Assembly (NCBI GenBank): GCA_965247535.1
Contig: OZ252018.1
Coordinates: 885,046 to 949,045 of the forward strand
DNA length: 64,000 bases
Origin: Dehalococcoidia bacterium
Lineage (GTDB): Bacteria; Chloroflexota; Dehalococcoidia; Lucifugimonadales; UBA2985
Direction: 5' to 3'
Shown here in pieces: positions 16,716 through 25,767 of the stretch. Numbering within the stretch: the stretch's first letter is position 1; every line of letters begins with the position of its first letter. The position numbers were made by a program, and so were the translations under genes. Below the pieces are notes generated by a model that made no database searches, was not told where the DNA came from, and worked only from the letters and a program-made list of their open reading frames with translations.

Positions 16716-17196
16716 GTTTACGGCTCACCCTCTCTGCGCTCATCGAGGTGAAAGACTCCCCGGAATTAGCTTACGCTCTTAACCGTTCAACTTCCAGAAT
16801 TGGAGCCCGTGCTCAGAATGACGTTCTTTAGACTATCCTTGGCATACTTGTACAGTGCTTCCGGGATACGTGCACCCTACAGGGACGGAAGTGTCCCCAC
16901 AGTCTCCCTGCCCCGCACTACGTTTCCCGGGTTGATCAGATGTCCTATGGCCCCTCGGGTCGTCCTTGCCGCTCGGTGGTCCCACCCTGTCACTCTTGTC
17001 TCAGTATACCACCTGGCCTGAACATCGGCGCTGCTAGTGGGGCTACATGTCCGGGGTCTTGCGATGGGACCCGCAATCGTAGTAACTGATGAAGGCTGCG
17101 ATGGTACTACGCGCTTTAGAGTTACCCAGTAGACGGCGTAGCTAAACCACTAGAAGAGCGGTGCAAGGAGCGTGAACGCAGTCCTCTCCCGCTGGC

Positions 17197-17871
17197 TCAC
17201 TCGCCGGAAGCGCCCAGCCGCTCCTTGAGCAGCCGGACCGCGGCTTCGATGCCGTCGGGGTGGTCGAAGACGGCCGAGCCGGCAACCACTACCTGCGCGC
17301 CCGCATTCGCAACCAGCGGCGCCGTGTCGGCGTTGACGCCGCCGTCAACCTCCACGACGGCTTCTGAGCCCCGCTCGCGCAGCAGGTCGCGCATTCGCTC
17401 GATCTTCTGCGGGCTGGACGGGATGAACTTCTGGGCGGGCAGGCCGGGGTTCACCGACATCACCAGCACCTGGTCCAGCCACGGCAACGCCTCCTCGATG
17501 GCCATCACGGACGTGGCAGGGCTGATGGCCACGCCTGCGCGGGCTCCCCGCGAGCGAATGCGGTCGACGGTCCAGTGGAGTTGGATGCAGGCCTCGAAGT
17601 GGACCGTGATGATGTCCGCGCCCGCGTCCACGAACGAGTCCACGTGACGCTCCGGCTGCTCCACCATCATGTGGACGTCAAGCGGTAGGTGCGTCCACCG
17701 CCGGATGGCCTCGACTGTGCGAGGCCCCCAAGTAAGGGCCGGCACGAAGTGCCCGTCCATGATGTCAACGTGTATGAGATCAGCGCCTGCGCGCGTGATT
17801 TCCGCCACGTGCTCGCCCAGCCGGGCGAAGTCCGCAGACAGGATGGATGGCGCCAGCTTGACGTCAGCCAC
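17197..17871 (-). CDS. rpe: ribulose-phosphate 3-epimerase
   Basis: 'KLAPSILSADFARLGEHV', 'IHVDIMDGHFVP' and 'VMSVNPG' are classic RPE motifs. A GTG start at 17871 is preferred over the longer track ORF (17913). Confidence 0.9.
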   Translation of the reverse strand: MADVKLAPSILSADFARLGEHVAEITRAGADLIHVDIMDGHFVPALTWGPRTVEAIRRWTHLPLDVHMMVEQPERHVDSFVDAGADIITVHFEACIQLHWTVDRIRSRGARAGVAISPATSVMAIEEALPWLDQVLVMSVNPGLPAQKFIPSSPQKIERMRDLLRERGSEAVVEVDGGVNADTAPLVANAGAQVVVAGSAVFDHPDGIEAAVRLLKERLGASGE

Positions 17872-18238
17872 CGCGCGCCTCGATGTCGGTGACCCAGCGC
17901 CGGAAGCCCACAAGCTTGTCGAACGACTCCGCCGACGCCCCGGCAGTCTCCACGGTCTCCGGTCCGAAGCCCCACTCAGACCCCCATCTCATCACGTAGT
18001 CCTCCAAGGTCAAAAGGCCAAGATACTGCTTCACAGCCTCCTCCATCGCAGAAACAGCGCGGGAGCTCGCAATAAGCTCCTGGCAAACGGCCAGCAGTTC
18101 CGGGTGGGAGCCGCCAAGCGTCGCCCGCTTGAACCCAAGGGAGGGATAACCCAGGCCGGTGTTGTTCTCAATCACGCTCCGCACCGCGTTCTGCAGGCTC
18201 CCGGGGTTGGCAATGGTCATCTGAGCTCGCACGATCAC
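17864..18238 (-). CDS. hypothetical protein (124 aa), coupled to both argH and rpe
   Basis: The ORF start overlaps the argH stop (ATGA), and its stop overlaps the rpe GTG start. I recognise no motif. Confidence 0.45.
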   Translation of the reverse strand: MIVRAQMTIANPGSLQNAVRSVIENNTGLGYPSLGFKRATLGGSHPELLAVCQELIASSRAVSAMEEAVKQYLGLLTLEDYVMRWGSEWGFGPETVETAGASAESFDKLVGFRRWVTDIEARGG

Positions 18239-19584
18239 AGACCTGGCTCCAGCAGGCGGCTTGCTTCACTGAGCGCCTCCTCAACCCGCCGAGGCGCCGT
18301 GCCCCCGGGCACATCCCGGCCGGCAACGGAGCTCTCCGCGCTGATCTCGTACACGTCCTCTTCGAAGCGGGGAGAGAAGCTGCGGTAGTCTTCCAGCTCC
18401 AGCTCCGAGAGGCTAACGCCTTGGGACTCCGCGTGGCGCACCAGGTCCGCGACGATTCCGTGGGCCGAGCGGAACGGCTCGCTCTTCCTCACCAGGTAGT
18501 CAGCCAGGTCCGTGGCCAGCATCGAGGCGTCTCCCGCCGCCTCACGCATCCGCTCGGAGCGGACCTCCATCGTGGCGACCATTCCGGCGAAAACCGATAG
18601 CGTGCCGAGAAGCGTGTCCACGGTGTCGAAGAAGCCCTGCTTGTCCTCCTGCAGGTCGCGGTTGTAGGCAAGGGGCAGTCCCTTGAGCATGGTGAGCGCA
18701 CCCATCAGATTGCCGTAGACGCGGCCCGTCTTGCCGCGGGCCAGCTCGGCCACGTCCGGGTTGCGCTTCTGCGGCATTATGCTGCTGCCGGAGGTGTAGT
18801 CGTCGCCCAGCCGCACGAAGCCGAACTCCTGCGAGGACCACACCACAAGCTCCTCGGCCAGGCGGGAGAGATGGGCCATGCACAGGGCGGCGTTGGAGTG
18901 GTACTCCACCAGAAAGTCACGGTCGGAGACGGCGTCGATGCTGTTCGCGCTGAGGCGGCTGAAGCCGAGCTCCCTAGCCACGAGGTCGCGGTCGATGGAG
19001 TAGGGGACGCCGGCGAGCGCGCCGCTACCCAACGGGAGCACGTCGGTCCTCCGCAGGCAATCGGCGAAGCGTTCGCGGTCGCGCTGCAGCATGTGGAAGT
19101 AGGCCAGCATGTGGTGCGCAAAGAGCACCGGCTGGGCGCGCTGCAGATGGGTGTAGCCGGGCATGATGACGCCTTGGTGGGCCCGCGCAACCGATAGCAG
19201 GGTCTCCTGGAGCGCCCTGAGCTTGCCGATGGTCTCCTGGGTGACCTCTTTGCAGTACAGGCGAATGTCAGTGGCCACCTGGTCGTTGCGGGAGCGGGCC
19301 GTGTGCAGCCGCCCCGCGGCGTCGCCGATCTTCTCGAAGAGGCGCGCCTCCACGTTCATGTGGATGTCCTCCAGCTCCTCTTTCCAGGGGAAATCGCCGT
19401 TCTCGATCTCCTGCAGAATGCTCTGGAGGCCAGAGCAGATTAGTTGCGAGTCATCTTCCGAGATGATGCCCTGGGCGGACAGCATCCGCGCATGGGCCAC
19501 CGAAGCCGCCACGTCCTGCCGGTACAGGCGGCGATCGTAGCTCATGGAGGCGATGTAGGGCGGTATTGCGTCCCTGTCTTGCAT
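18235..19584 (-). CDS. argH: argininosuccinate lyase
   Basis: The fumarate-lyase signature 'GSSIMPQKRNPD' is present, with the ArgH-like 'SYDRRLYRQDVAASVAHARML'. Confidence 0.9.
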   Translation of the reverse strand: MQDRDAIPPYIASMSYDRRLYRQDVAASVAHARMLSAQGIISEDDSQLICSGLQSILQEIENGDFPWKEELEDIHMNVEARLFEKIGDAAGRLHTARSRNDQVATDIRLYCKEVTQETIGKLRALQETLLSVARAHQGVIMPGYTHLQRAQPVLFAHHMLAYFHMLQRDRERFADCLRRTDVLPLGSGALAGVPYSIDRDLVARELGFSRLSANSIDAVSDRDFLVEYHSNAALCMAHLSRLAEELVVWSSQEFGFVRLGDDYTSGSSIMPQKRNPDVAELARGKTGRVYGNLMGALTMLKGLPLAYNRDLQEDKQGFFDTVDTLLGTLSVFAGMVATMEVRSERMREAAGDASMLATDLADYLVRKSEPFRSAHGIVADLVRHAESQGVSLSELELEDYRSFSPRFEEDVYEISAESSVAGRDVPGGTAPRRVEEALSEASRLLEPGL

Positions 19585-19630
19585 TGCTCTTCAAGTGAGG
19601 CGAGCGGCGCGGGGCTCAGTTTAGGGCGGG

Positions 19631-20851
19631 CTAGCTGCCCCCGCCAAGCTCCGGCAGCTCCAGCGACTGCACCCTCGCCTGCGTGCGGCCGGCAAGCCCG
19701 AAGATGTGGATGAAGCCCTCCGAGGCGCGATGGTCGAACCGGTCTCCCGTGTCGTACGTGGCCAGATCGTGCTGGTAGAGGGAGTACTGCGAGCTGCGTC
19801 CCACCACCACGCAACGGCCCTTGAACAGCTTGAGCCTGATCGAGCCGGACACGTACCTCTGCGTGCTGGTTACGAAGGCTTCTAGGTCCTGGTGAAGGGC
19901 GGTGAACCACAGGCCGTTGTACACGTGCTCGGCGTACTCCTGTGCGATCCGCTCCTTGAGCCTGAGCTGGTCCTTGCTGAGCGTTACGCCCTCCAAGGCC
20001 CTGTGCGCGGCGTGCAGGGAAGTGGCGGCCGGGGCCTCGTACACCTCGCGGGACTTAATGCCGACAAGCCGATCTTCCACGTGATCCACGCGGCCTACGC
20101 CATGCTCGCCGGCGAGGCGGCTCAGGTGGGCTATCAGGTCCACGCCGTTCATCTCCTCGCCGTCCAGCGCCACAGGAATTCCCTCGCTGAAGGTCACTTC
20201 AACGTATAGCGGTGTGTCAGGCGCGTTCTCCGGCGAGACGGTCCAGGCATACGCCTCTTCGGGAGGCTCCATCCAGGGGTCCTCCAGGTCGCCGGCCTCG
20301 ATGCTACGGCCCCACAGGTTCTCGTCCACGGAGTACGGGCTGCGCGGCCCCAGGTCGAGGGGCGTATTCCTGCTGCGACCGTACTCAATCTCCTCTTCAC
20401 GGCTCATGCCCCACTCCCGGGCGGGTGCGATTATCCTGAGCGAAGGGTCCATCCCGGCGATACTCAGGTCGAAGCGCACCTGGTCGTTGCCCTTGCCCGT
20501 GCAGCCGTGCGCAACAACCCCCGCGCCCTCGCGGTGGGCGACGTCCAGCAGGTAGCGGGCGATTAGCGGGCGACCCAGCGCGGTTGCGAGCGAGTACTGG
20601 CCCTGGTAGATGGCGCCGGCTTGGAGCGCGGGGAAGACGAACTGGCGCACGAAGTCCTGCCTGCCATCCACTACGAAGGCCCTGGACGCGCCGCCGGCCA
20701 TGGCGCGCTCCTGCACGTCGGAGCGGCCTGAACCGCCGCCCATGTCGGCGGTGAGTGTGATGACCTCAGCGTCGTAGTTCTCCTTCAGCCAGGGGATGGC
20801 CACGGAGGTGTCGAGGCCTCCGCTGTAAGCCAGGACAACTTTGGTCGCCAT
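19631..20851 (-). CDS. argG: argininosuccinate synthase
   Basis: 'VVLAYSGGLDTSV' is the ATP pyrophosphatase motif, with 'GCTGKGNDQVRF'. Confidence 0.95.
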   Translation of the reverse strand: MATKVVLAYSGGLDTSVAIPWLKENYDAEVITLTADMGGGSGRSDVQERAMAGGASRAFVVDGRQDFVRQFVFPALQAGAIYQGQYSLATALGRPLIARYLLDVAHREGAGVVAHGCTGKGNDQVRFDLSIAGMDPSLRIIAPAREWGMSREEEIEYGRSRNTPLDLGPRSPYSVDENLWGRSIEAGDLEDPWMEPPEEAYAWTVSPENAPDTPLYVEVTFSEGIPVALDGEEMNGVDLIAHLSRLAGEHGVGRVDHVEDRLVGIKSREVYEAPAATSLHAAHRALEGVTLSKDQLRLKERIAQEYAEHVYNGLWFTALHQDLEAFVTSTQRYVSGSIRLKLFKGRCVVVGRSSQYSLYQHDLATYDTGDRFDHRASEGFIHIFGLAGRTQARVQSLELPELGGGS

Positions 20852-20912
20852 TTCAACTCCTTATGTGATTGGTGCGCCGGGTGTGAAGTCTCGCGTCGTC
20901 TGTCACTCCGCC

Positions 20913-22103
20913 CTAGTCGGCGGTCGCCCTGGTTATTGCGCGGTCCAGTTTGGCGATACCCTCGTCGACCTCGTCCTCGCTGAGTGTCAGCGGCGGCATG
21001 ATCCGGATGGCGTTGGGGCGAACGGGGTTGAGCAGCAGCCCTTCGTCGTTGCTCATGGATACCACCTGGCCTGAGATGTCTCCGGTGAACTGGACAGCGA
21101 CAAGCAGGCCCATGCCCCTCACCTGGTCGATGGCGGCGTGGCGTGACATCAGCCCCTTCAGGCCATCCATCAGCCTGCGGCCCATCGCGGCGGCGTTGGC
21201 CGGCACGTTGTTCTGTATCACGAAGTCAACGACGCCGAAAGCGCCTGCGGTCGTCAGCACGTTGCCGCCGTAGGTGGAGCCGTGGTCGCCGGGGGCCAGG
21301 ACGCAGAACTTCTCCTTGGCCAGGAACGCTCCGATGGGAACGCCGCCTCCGAGTCCCTTTGCCAGCGTGATGGCGTCCGGCTCCACGCCGAACTGCTCGT
21401 ACCCGAATAGCGTGCCAAGCCGGCCGATGCCCGTTTGCACCTCGTCGAGGATCATAACTAGGTTGTGCCGGTCGCACCACTCACGCACCTGCGCCAGGTA
21501 GTCCGGCGACGGCACGATGACGCCACCCTCACCCTGAATCGGCTCCACCATGACGGCACACGTCTCGTCGGTGGTGGCCTCGCGTATGGCGTCGATGGCG
21601 TCGTACGGCACGTTGACGAAGCCGGGTGCCAGGGGTTGCCACTGCTCCTGGTAGTGCGGCTGTCCCGTGGCCGCTGCCATCGTGAGAGTGCGGCCGTGGA
21701 AGGAGTTGAGGGCTGTGATCACCTCGTAGGCCCCGTTGCGGTTCAACTTGCCGTACTTGCGGGCCAGCTTTACCGCACCCTCGTTGGCCTCGGCGCCGCT
21801 GTTGCTGAAGAACACGCGGTCCAGGCAGCTGTTCTCCACCAGCAGCTGCGCCAGCTTGACCTGCGGCACGGTGAAGAACTGGTTGGAGGTCTGTATCAGC
21901 GTGCGGGCCTGCTCCTCCACCGCCTGCACGAGTGCGGGGTGGCAGTGGCCCAGCGTGTTCACGGCCCAGCCTGCGGTGAAGTCCAGGTACTCCTTGTCGT
22001 CTTCGTCCCAGACGCGTGAGCCGCTGCCTCTCACCAGCACCAGCGGCTGCCGCCGGGCAACCTGCATGTAGTATCTGCTCTCTAATTCCCTCCAGGTACT
22101 CAT
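20913..22103 (-). CDS. argD: acetylornithine aminotransferase (class III PLP aminotransferase)
   Basis: Contains 'FSNSGAEANEGAVKLARKY', 'ILDEVQTGIGRLG' and 'TLAKGLGGG' (PLP lysine). Confidence 0.9.
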   Translation of the reverse strand: MSTWRELESRYYMQVARRQPLVLVRGSGSRVWDEDDKEYLDFTAGWAVNTLGHCHPALVQAVEEQARTLIQTSNQFFTVPQVKLAQLLVENSCLDRVFFSNSGAEANEGAVKLARKYGKLNRNGAYEVITALNSFHGRTLTMAAATGQPHYQEQWQPLAPGFVNVPYDAIDAIREATTDETCAVMVEPIQGEGGVIVPSPDYLAQVREWCDRHNLVMILDEVQTGIGRLGTLFGYEQFGVEPDAITLAKGLGGGVPIGAFLAKEKFCVLAPGDHGSTYGGNVLTTAGAFGVVDFVIQNNVPANAAAMGRRLMDGLKGLMSRHAAIDQVRGMGLLVAVQFTGDISGQVVSMSNDEGLLLNPVRPNAIRIMPPLTLSEDEVDEGIAKLDRAITRATAD

Positions 22104-24916
22104 TGTCCTCCTTCCTGTGTGGGGCCCAGCAACCGGTCCAGGGCCTGCTCGAGTCTGTCCAGGCTCTGTTTCAGCTGCGCGATGGCCTGTCGTATCTCAT
22201 CCGCGTTCATGTCCTCTGTCGGCTCCGCTGTCGGGTCGGTGGGCGTGACCGACTCCGGCTCGCCTCCTGCTAGCAGCGCTTCCAGCGCGCTGTTCAGGTC
22301 GTCGGCCATGACCACGCTCTTGGCGTCTGCCAGTATAACCTGCTTCAGCTCCGGGAAGGTAATGTTTTCCGCCTGGATGTAGAGCGGCTCCACGTACATC
22401 AGGAAGCGATCGCCTTCGTGCTCAATGGGCGTGACCAGCAGATTGCCCCTGATGCACCTGGCTCCGCGCTGGCACAGCAGGGTGAACTGCTGCTTGATTG
22501 TGAAGTCTTGGTCTATTCTGGCCTCGATCTGCTCCGGGCCGTCGACCTGAATGCCCTTCGGGAAGAGGAAGGCCTTCAGGCTGCCGTACTGGCCTCGGTC
22601 ATTGTCCATGCGGGCAGCCAGCCACGCCACCTGATTGGGCTTGTTGAGCGGGGTGAAGGGGAGCATGAGCACGAACTCCTCCTTCACCTCACCGGGCAGC
22701 TTCATGATCACGTGATAGGGCTGTATGGGCTGGACGGTCTCGAAGAAGAGCTCCTGGGGTATGCTCCAGGGGTCTTCCTTGCGATAGAAGTCTGTGATGT
22801 CCCGCATGTGGTAGAGCAGGTACTTCTCGGCCTGCACGGAGAAGAAGTCGCGCGGGTAGCGAACGTGAGTCTGGAGCGACACGGGCAGCTCGTCGCGGGG
22901 TTGGAACAGGCCAGGGAATGCCCCGGAGTAGGACTGGATGATGGGGTCTTCATCGTCGAAGATGTAGAACTGGACCTCGCCGGTGTGCGCGTCTACGACT
23001 GCCTTCACGCTGTTGCGCATGTAGTTGAACTCATCCCGGTAGGGATCGGAGTAGGGGTAGTGGTTGGTGACGGTGTAGGCGTCCTGGAACCACCACAGCT
23101 TGCCATCGGCCACCACCATGTAGGGGTCGGAATCCAGGCGTAGGAACGGCGCGATCTGCTTGACCCTGTCCTGGATGAGGCGCCTGTACTGAATCTTGCT
23201 CTCCGGCGCAATTGCGCCGCTGATTAGTATGTTGATGTCGGCGAACTCCCACGCGTACGCGAATCGCCTCAGCAGCGAGCTGAGGTGCACGCCTCCTCCC
23301 CCGTCGTACACGTAGTCGGTGGCCACGGCAGTCTCGGAGTCGATGGCGGGGAAGTCGAACTCGGGCTCTTTCGAATTGACGATGACGTAGCTGGCGCTGT
23401 TCTCGCCATAGTAGATCTGAGGCACGTCGACGTGCGGAACGAAGCCCTCCAGGGACTCGCGGCCGGCCTTGGGCGGGATGTCCTTGACGAAGAATTCGGG
23501 CTTGCCGTCGTCGGTGAACTCGGTGGTGGGGCTCATGGCCACTCCGAAACCGTGCGTGAACTGGAGCCGGCGGTTTACCCAGGACTGCGACTCCTCGGGC
23601 AGGTCTTCAGGGAACAGCTCGCGGGCGCCCAGCACGATCTGCCGGATCTCGCCGTCCACCTCATAGCGGTCTATGTCCACCCCAACAAAGCGGTAGTAAG
23701 CGCGGAAAAACTGAATCTGATTGTATATACTTCGTAGAGGCCTCCGGTCCCAAAGGCGGACGTTTTCGATGGTGCCCGGGTTGGCAGCCACCGTCTCGGC
23801 GTTGATGGGGGCGAGCTCCCCGGCGGACTCGCCGCCTTCAATGACGGCTAGCTGGTAGTCCTCCTCTTCGATGCGGTCAAGTGCAAACCCCTGCCTCGTG
23901 AACTCGATGTTGCGCGGGATGTACTCGCGCTCCCTGTCCAGCTCGTTGGGCGCCACCTGAAAGCGCTGCACCAGTGCGGGATACAGGGCGCCCACCACGA
24001 CGGCAACCGCTATCCACAGGCCAATACCGCCCACGATGATGCGCGGCGAGCGGAAGTACGCGTTTGCCAGCAGCAGGATTCCGATGACGGCGCCCACGCC
24101 GATGAGGATGTACAGCGCCGGCAGCCGTGCATTGAGGTCGGTGAAGGCTGCGCCGAAGATGGCGCCCTCAGCGGAGAAGAGCAGCTCGTACCTGTCCAGC
24201 CAGTAGCTCCACGTAATCACCAGCAGTAGAACGCCCAGCAGGATGGTGGCGTGGCTGACGGCCCGCGGGGTAATGGCTTGGCCAAGGCTGATGTCCCGCA
24301 AGCTCACGTTGATGAGGAATATCGAGCCGGCCACGAGCATGGTGGTTATGATGGCACCGAGCAGCCAGCCTTGCATCAGTGTGAGTACCGGCAGGTCGAA
24401 CACAAAGAACGACACGTCCCGGTTAAAGACCGGGTCCTGTACGTCGAAGGGAGTGGTATTGAGGAATCTCAGCACGGTCTCCCACTGCCCGCTGAGTATG
24501 GAGCCGAAGAGAACGGAAATGAGGAACACGGTTGCCCACGTTCCCCAGACCAGCAGCCGCTTGAGCAGGGCGTAGAGGTCTACTGAGAGGAGCGGCGCGG
24601 GCTCGCCCACGGAGCTGCGATATGCCATCACGGCGTTGGGAGTGACGATCGCTGCGAAGACCGCCGCGCCCACCAGGAAGAGCCACACCCTGGTGAACAG
24701 GATTGTAGTGAAAACGCTGCGATAGCTGAGAGCGTCGAACCAGAGCCAGTTGGTGTATATCTGCCGGAGGACGTTCAGCAGGACCAGCAAGACGACGAGG
24801 CCGAAAGCCACTGCGCCCCACTTCAGCAGGGGCGTGGCGTCGAAGGGCATGCTTATCCTTCCGCCTTCTCCATCCTGAAACGGCGACCAGTCCTGATCGC
24901 CCCGGAAGCTAAACAT
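22100..24916 (-). CDS. UPF0182 family polytopic membrane protein (function unknown)
   Basis: 938 aa. 'WLWFDALSYRSVFTTILFTRVWLF' and ~7 N-terminal TM segments are followed by a large soluble region, as in UPF0182/COG1615. An alternative start is at 24850 (MPFDAT). Confidence 0.8.
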   Translation of the reverse strand: MFSFRGDQDWSPFQDGEGGRISMPFDATPLLKWGAVAFGLVVLLVLLNVLRQIYTNWLWFDALSYRSVFTTILFTRVWLFLVGAAVFAAIVTPNAVMAYRSSVGEPAPLLSVDLYALLKRLLVWGTWATVFLISVLFGSILSGQWETVLRFLNTTPFDVQDPVFNRDVSFFVFDLPVLTLMQGWLLGAIITTMLVAGSIFLINVSLRDISLGQAITPRAVSHATILLGVLLLVITWSYWLDRYELLFSAEGAIFGAAFTDLNARLPALYILIGVGAVIGILLLANAYFRSPRIIVGGIGLWIAVAVVVGALYPALVQRFQVAPNELDREREYIPRNIEFTRQGFALDRIEEEDYQLAVIEGGESAGELAPINAETVAANPGTIENVRLWDRRPLRSIYNQIQFFRAYYRFVGVDIDRYEVDGEIRQIVLGARELFPEDLPEESQSWVNRRLQFTHGFGVAMSPTTEFTDDGKPEFFVKDIPPKAGRESLEGFVPHVDVPQIYYGENSASYVIVNSKEPEFDFPAIDSETAVATDYVYDGGGGVHLSSLLRRFAYAWEFADINILISGAIAPESKIQYRRLIQDRVKQIAPFLRLDSDPYMVVADGKLWWFQDAYTVTNHYPYSDPYRDEFNYMRNSVKAVVDAHTGEVQFYIFDDEDPIIQSYSGAFPGLFQPRDELPVSLQTHVRYPRDFFSVQAEKYLLYHMRDITDFYRKEDPWSIPQELFFETVQPIQPYHVIMKLPGEVKEEFVLMLPFTPLNKPNQVAWLAARMDNDRGQYGSLKAFLFPKGIQVDGPEQIEARIDQDFTIKQQFTLLCQRGARCIRGNLLVTPIEHEGDRFLMYVEPLYIQAENITFPELKQVILADAKSVVMADDLNSALEALLAGGEPESVTPTDPTAEPTEDMNADEIRQAIAQLKQSLDRLEQALDRLLGPTQEGGQ

Positions 24917-25733
24917 CGCCTTTGTCTATGCGAGTGCCCGACGCCTGGCCCTCCACGAGATCCAGGAGGGCCCTGCTCCTTCTCCCGTCAACAATCCGGG
25001 CCGACGCAACGCCATCGAGCGAGCGGAGGCAGGCCTCGACCTTGGGCACCATGCCTCCGGAGACTGCGCCGTTGCCCATAAGCTCCTGGACTTCTGCGGC
25101 GGTCAGCCGTTCCAGGACGCGGCCGTTGGAGTCCATCACGCCTTCCACGTCCGTGAGGAACACCAGCGACTCGGCCTGCAGGGCACGAGCGATCTCGCCG
25201 GCGGCTGTGTCGCCGTTGATGTTCAGCAGCGCCGCGCTCCGCTCGGAGCCGTCGACGGCGTGGATGGCCACGGGCGCTATCAAGGGAATGTACCCGGCTG
25301 CCAGCACGCTGCGGATGGGCGCGGGGTCAACGCGCGTGATGCGTCCGACCAGTCCAAGCTCGGGGTCGAGTATCTCGGCCTCCAGCATGGCGCCGTCCAC
25401 GCCGCTGATGCCCAGGGCCTTGCCGCCGAGCCGGTGCACGGTGGACACCAGCTCCTTGTTCACCAAGCCGCCCAGCGTGGCCGCCACAATCTCCATGCTG
25501 GGCGCGTCGGTGACGCGGAGGCCGCGCACGAAGTTCGGCGTCAGGCTCTGTCGCTCCATCCAGCGGGAGATCACGGGGCCTCCGCCGTGCACAACAACGG
25601 GGGTTTGGCCACGGCGCTGCAGCTCAACCAGGTCCTCAAGCGTCGTGTCCTGGCTGCCGAGGACGCTGCCACCGATTTTCACCACCAGTGCCGGATGGGC
25701 TGTCGAGTCGCTGGGAGCGTGTGTCATATCCAT
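24909..25733 (-). CDS. argB: acetylglutamate kinase
   Basis: Contains 'LVVKIGGS', 'VVVHGGGP' and 'NINGDTAAGEIA'. An internal ATG was chosen as start because the upstream 38 codons overlap the argJ 3' end. Confidence 0.9.
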   Translation of the reverse strand: MDMTHAPSDSTAHPALVVKIGGSVLGSQDTTLEDLVELQRRGQTPVVVHGGGPVISRWMERQSLTPNFVRGLRVTDAPSMEIVAATLGGLVNKELVSTVHRLGGKALGISGVDGAMLEAEILDPELGLVGRITRVDPAPIRSVLAAGYIPLIAPVAIHAVDGSERSAALLNINGDTAAGEIARALQAESLVFLTDVEGVMDSNGRVLERLTAAEVQELMGNGAVSGGMVPKVEACLRSLDGVASARIVDGRRSRALLDLVEGQASGTRIDKGDV

Positions 25734-25767
25734 TCGGGGTCTCCGGGCGGCGCGAGTGGCCCCGGCG

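Larger units (their letters stand above)
16239..17196 (-). mobile_element. ~0.96-kb insert between the two rpe 3'-end copies (probable integrated-element remnant)
   Basis: The insert is bracketed by the 96-bp direct repeat. It contains a toxin/antitoxin-like pair and ~480 nt without credible ORFs. No integrase is present. Confidence 0.5.

Noticed and set aside
16700-17196. tmRNA (a GGGGCTAC 5' end at 17039), RNase P ('ACGGTTAAGAGCGTAAGC' resembling GGTAAGAGCGCACC), SRP RNA, or group II intron domain V ('GAGCCGTAAACGTTAGGTTC').
   Set aside because: No tag reading frame ends in ALAA-type codons. There is no T-arm/CCA end, no GAGGAAAGTCCGGGC P4 element, and no GGAA/AGCA SRP loop. The domain-V-like stem is 14 nt too short and overlaps the toxin SD and start region.
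18235-19584. argH appears to lack the usual N-terminal 'LWGGRF' segment, with an in-frame TGA only 9 nt upstream of its ATG. This could indicate a truncation or pseudogene.
   Set aside because: The rest of the protein, including the GSSIMPQKRNPD signature, is intact, and the operon context is preserved. A naturally short N-terminus is more likely than inactivation, and I cannot test it without an alignment.
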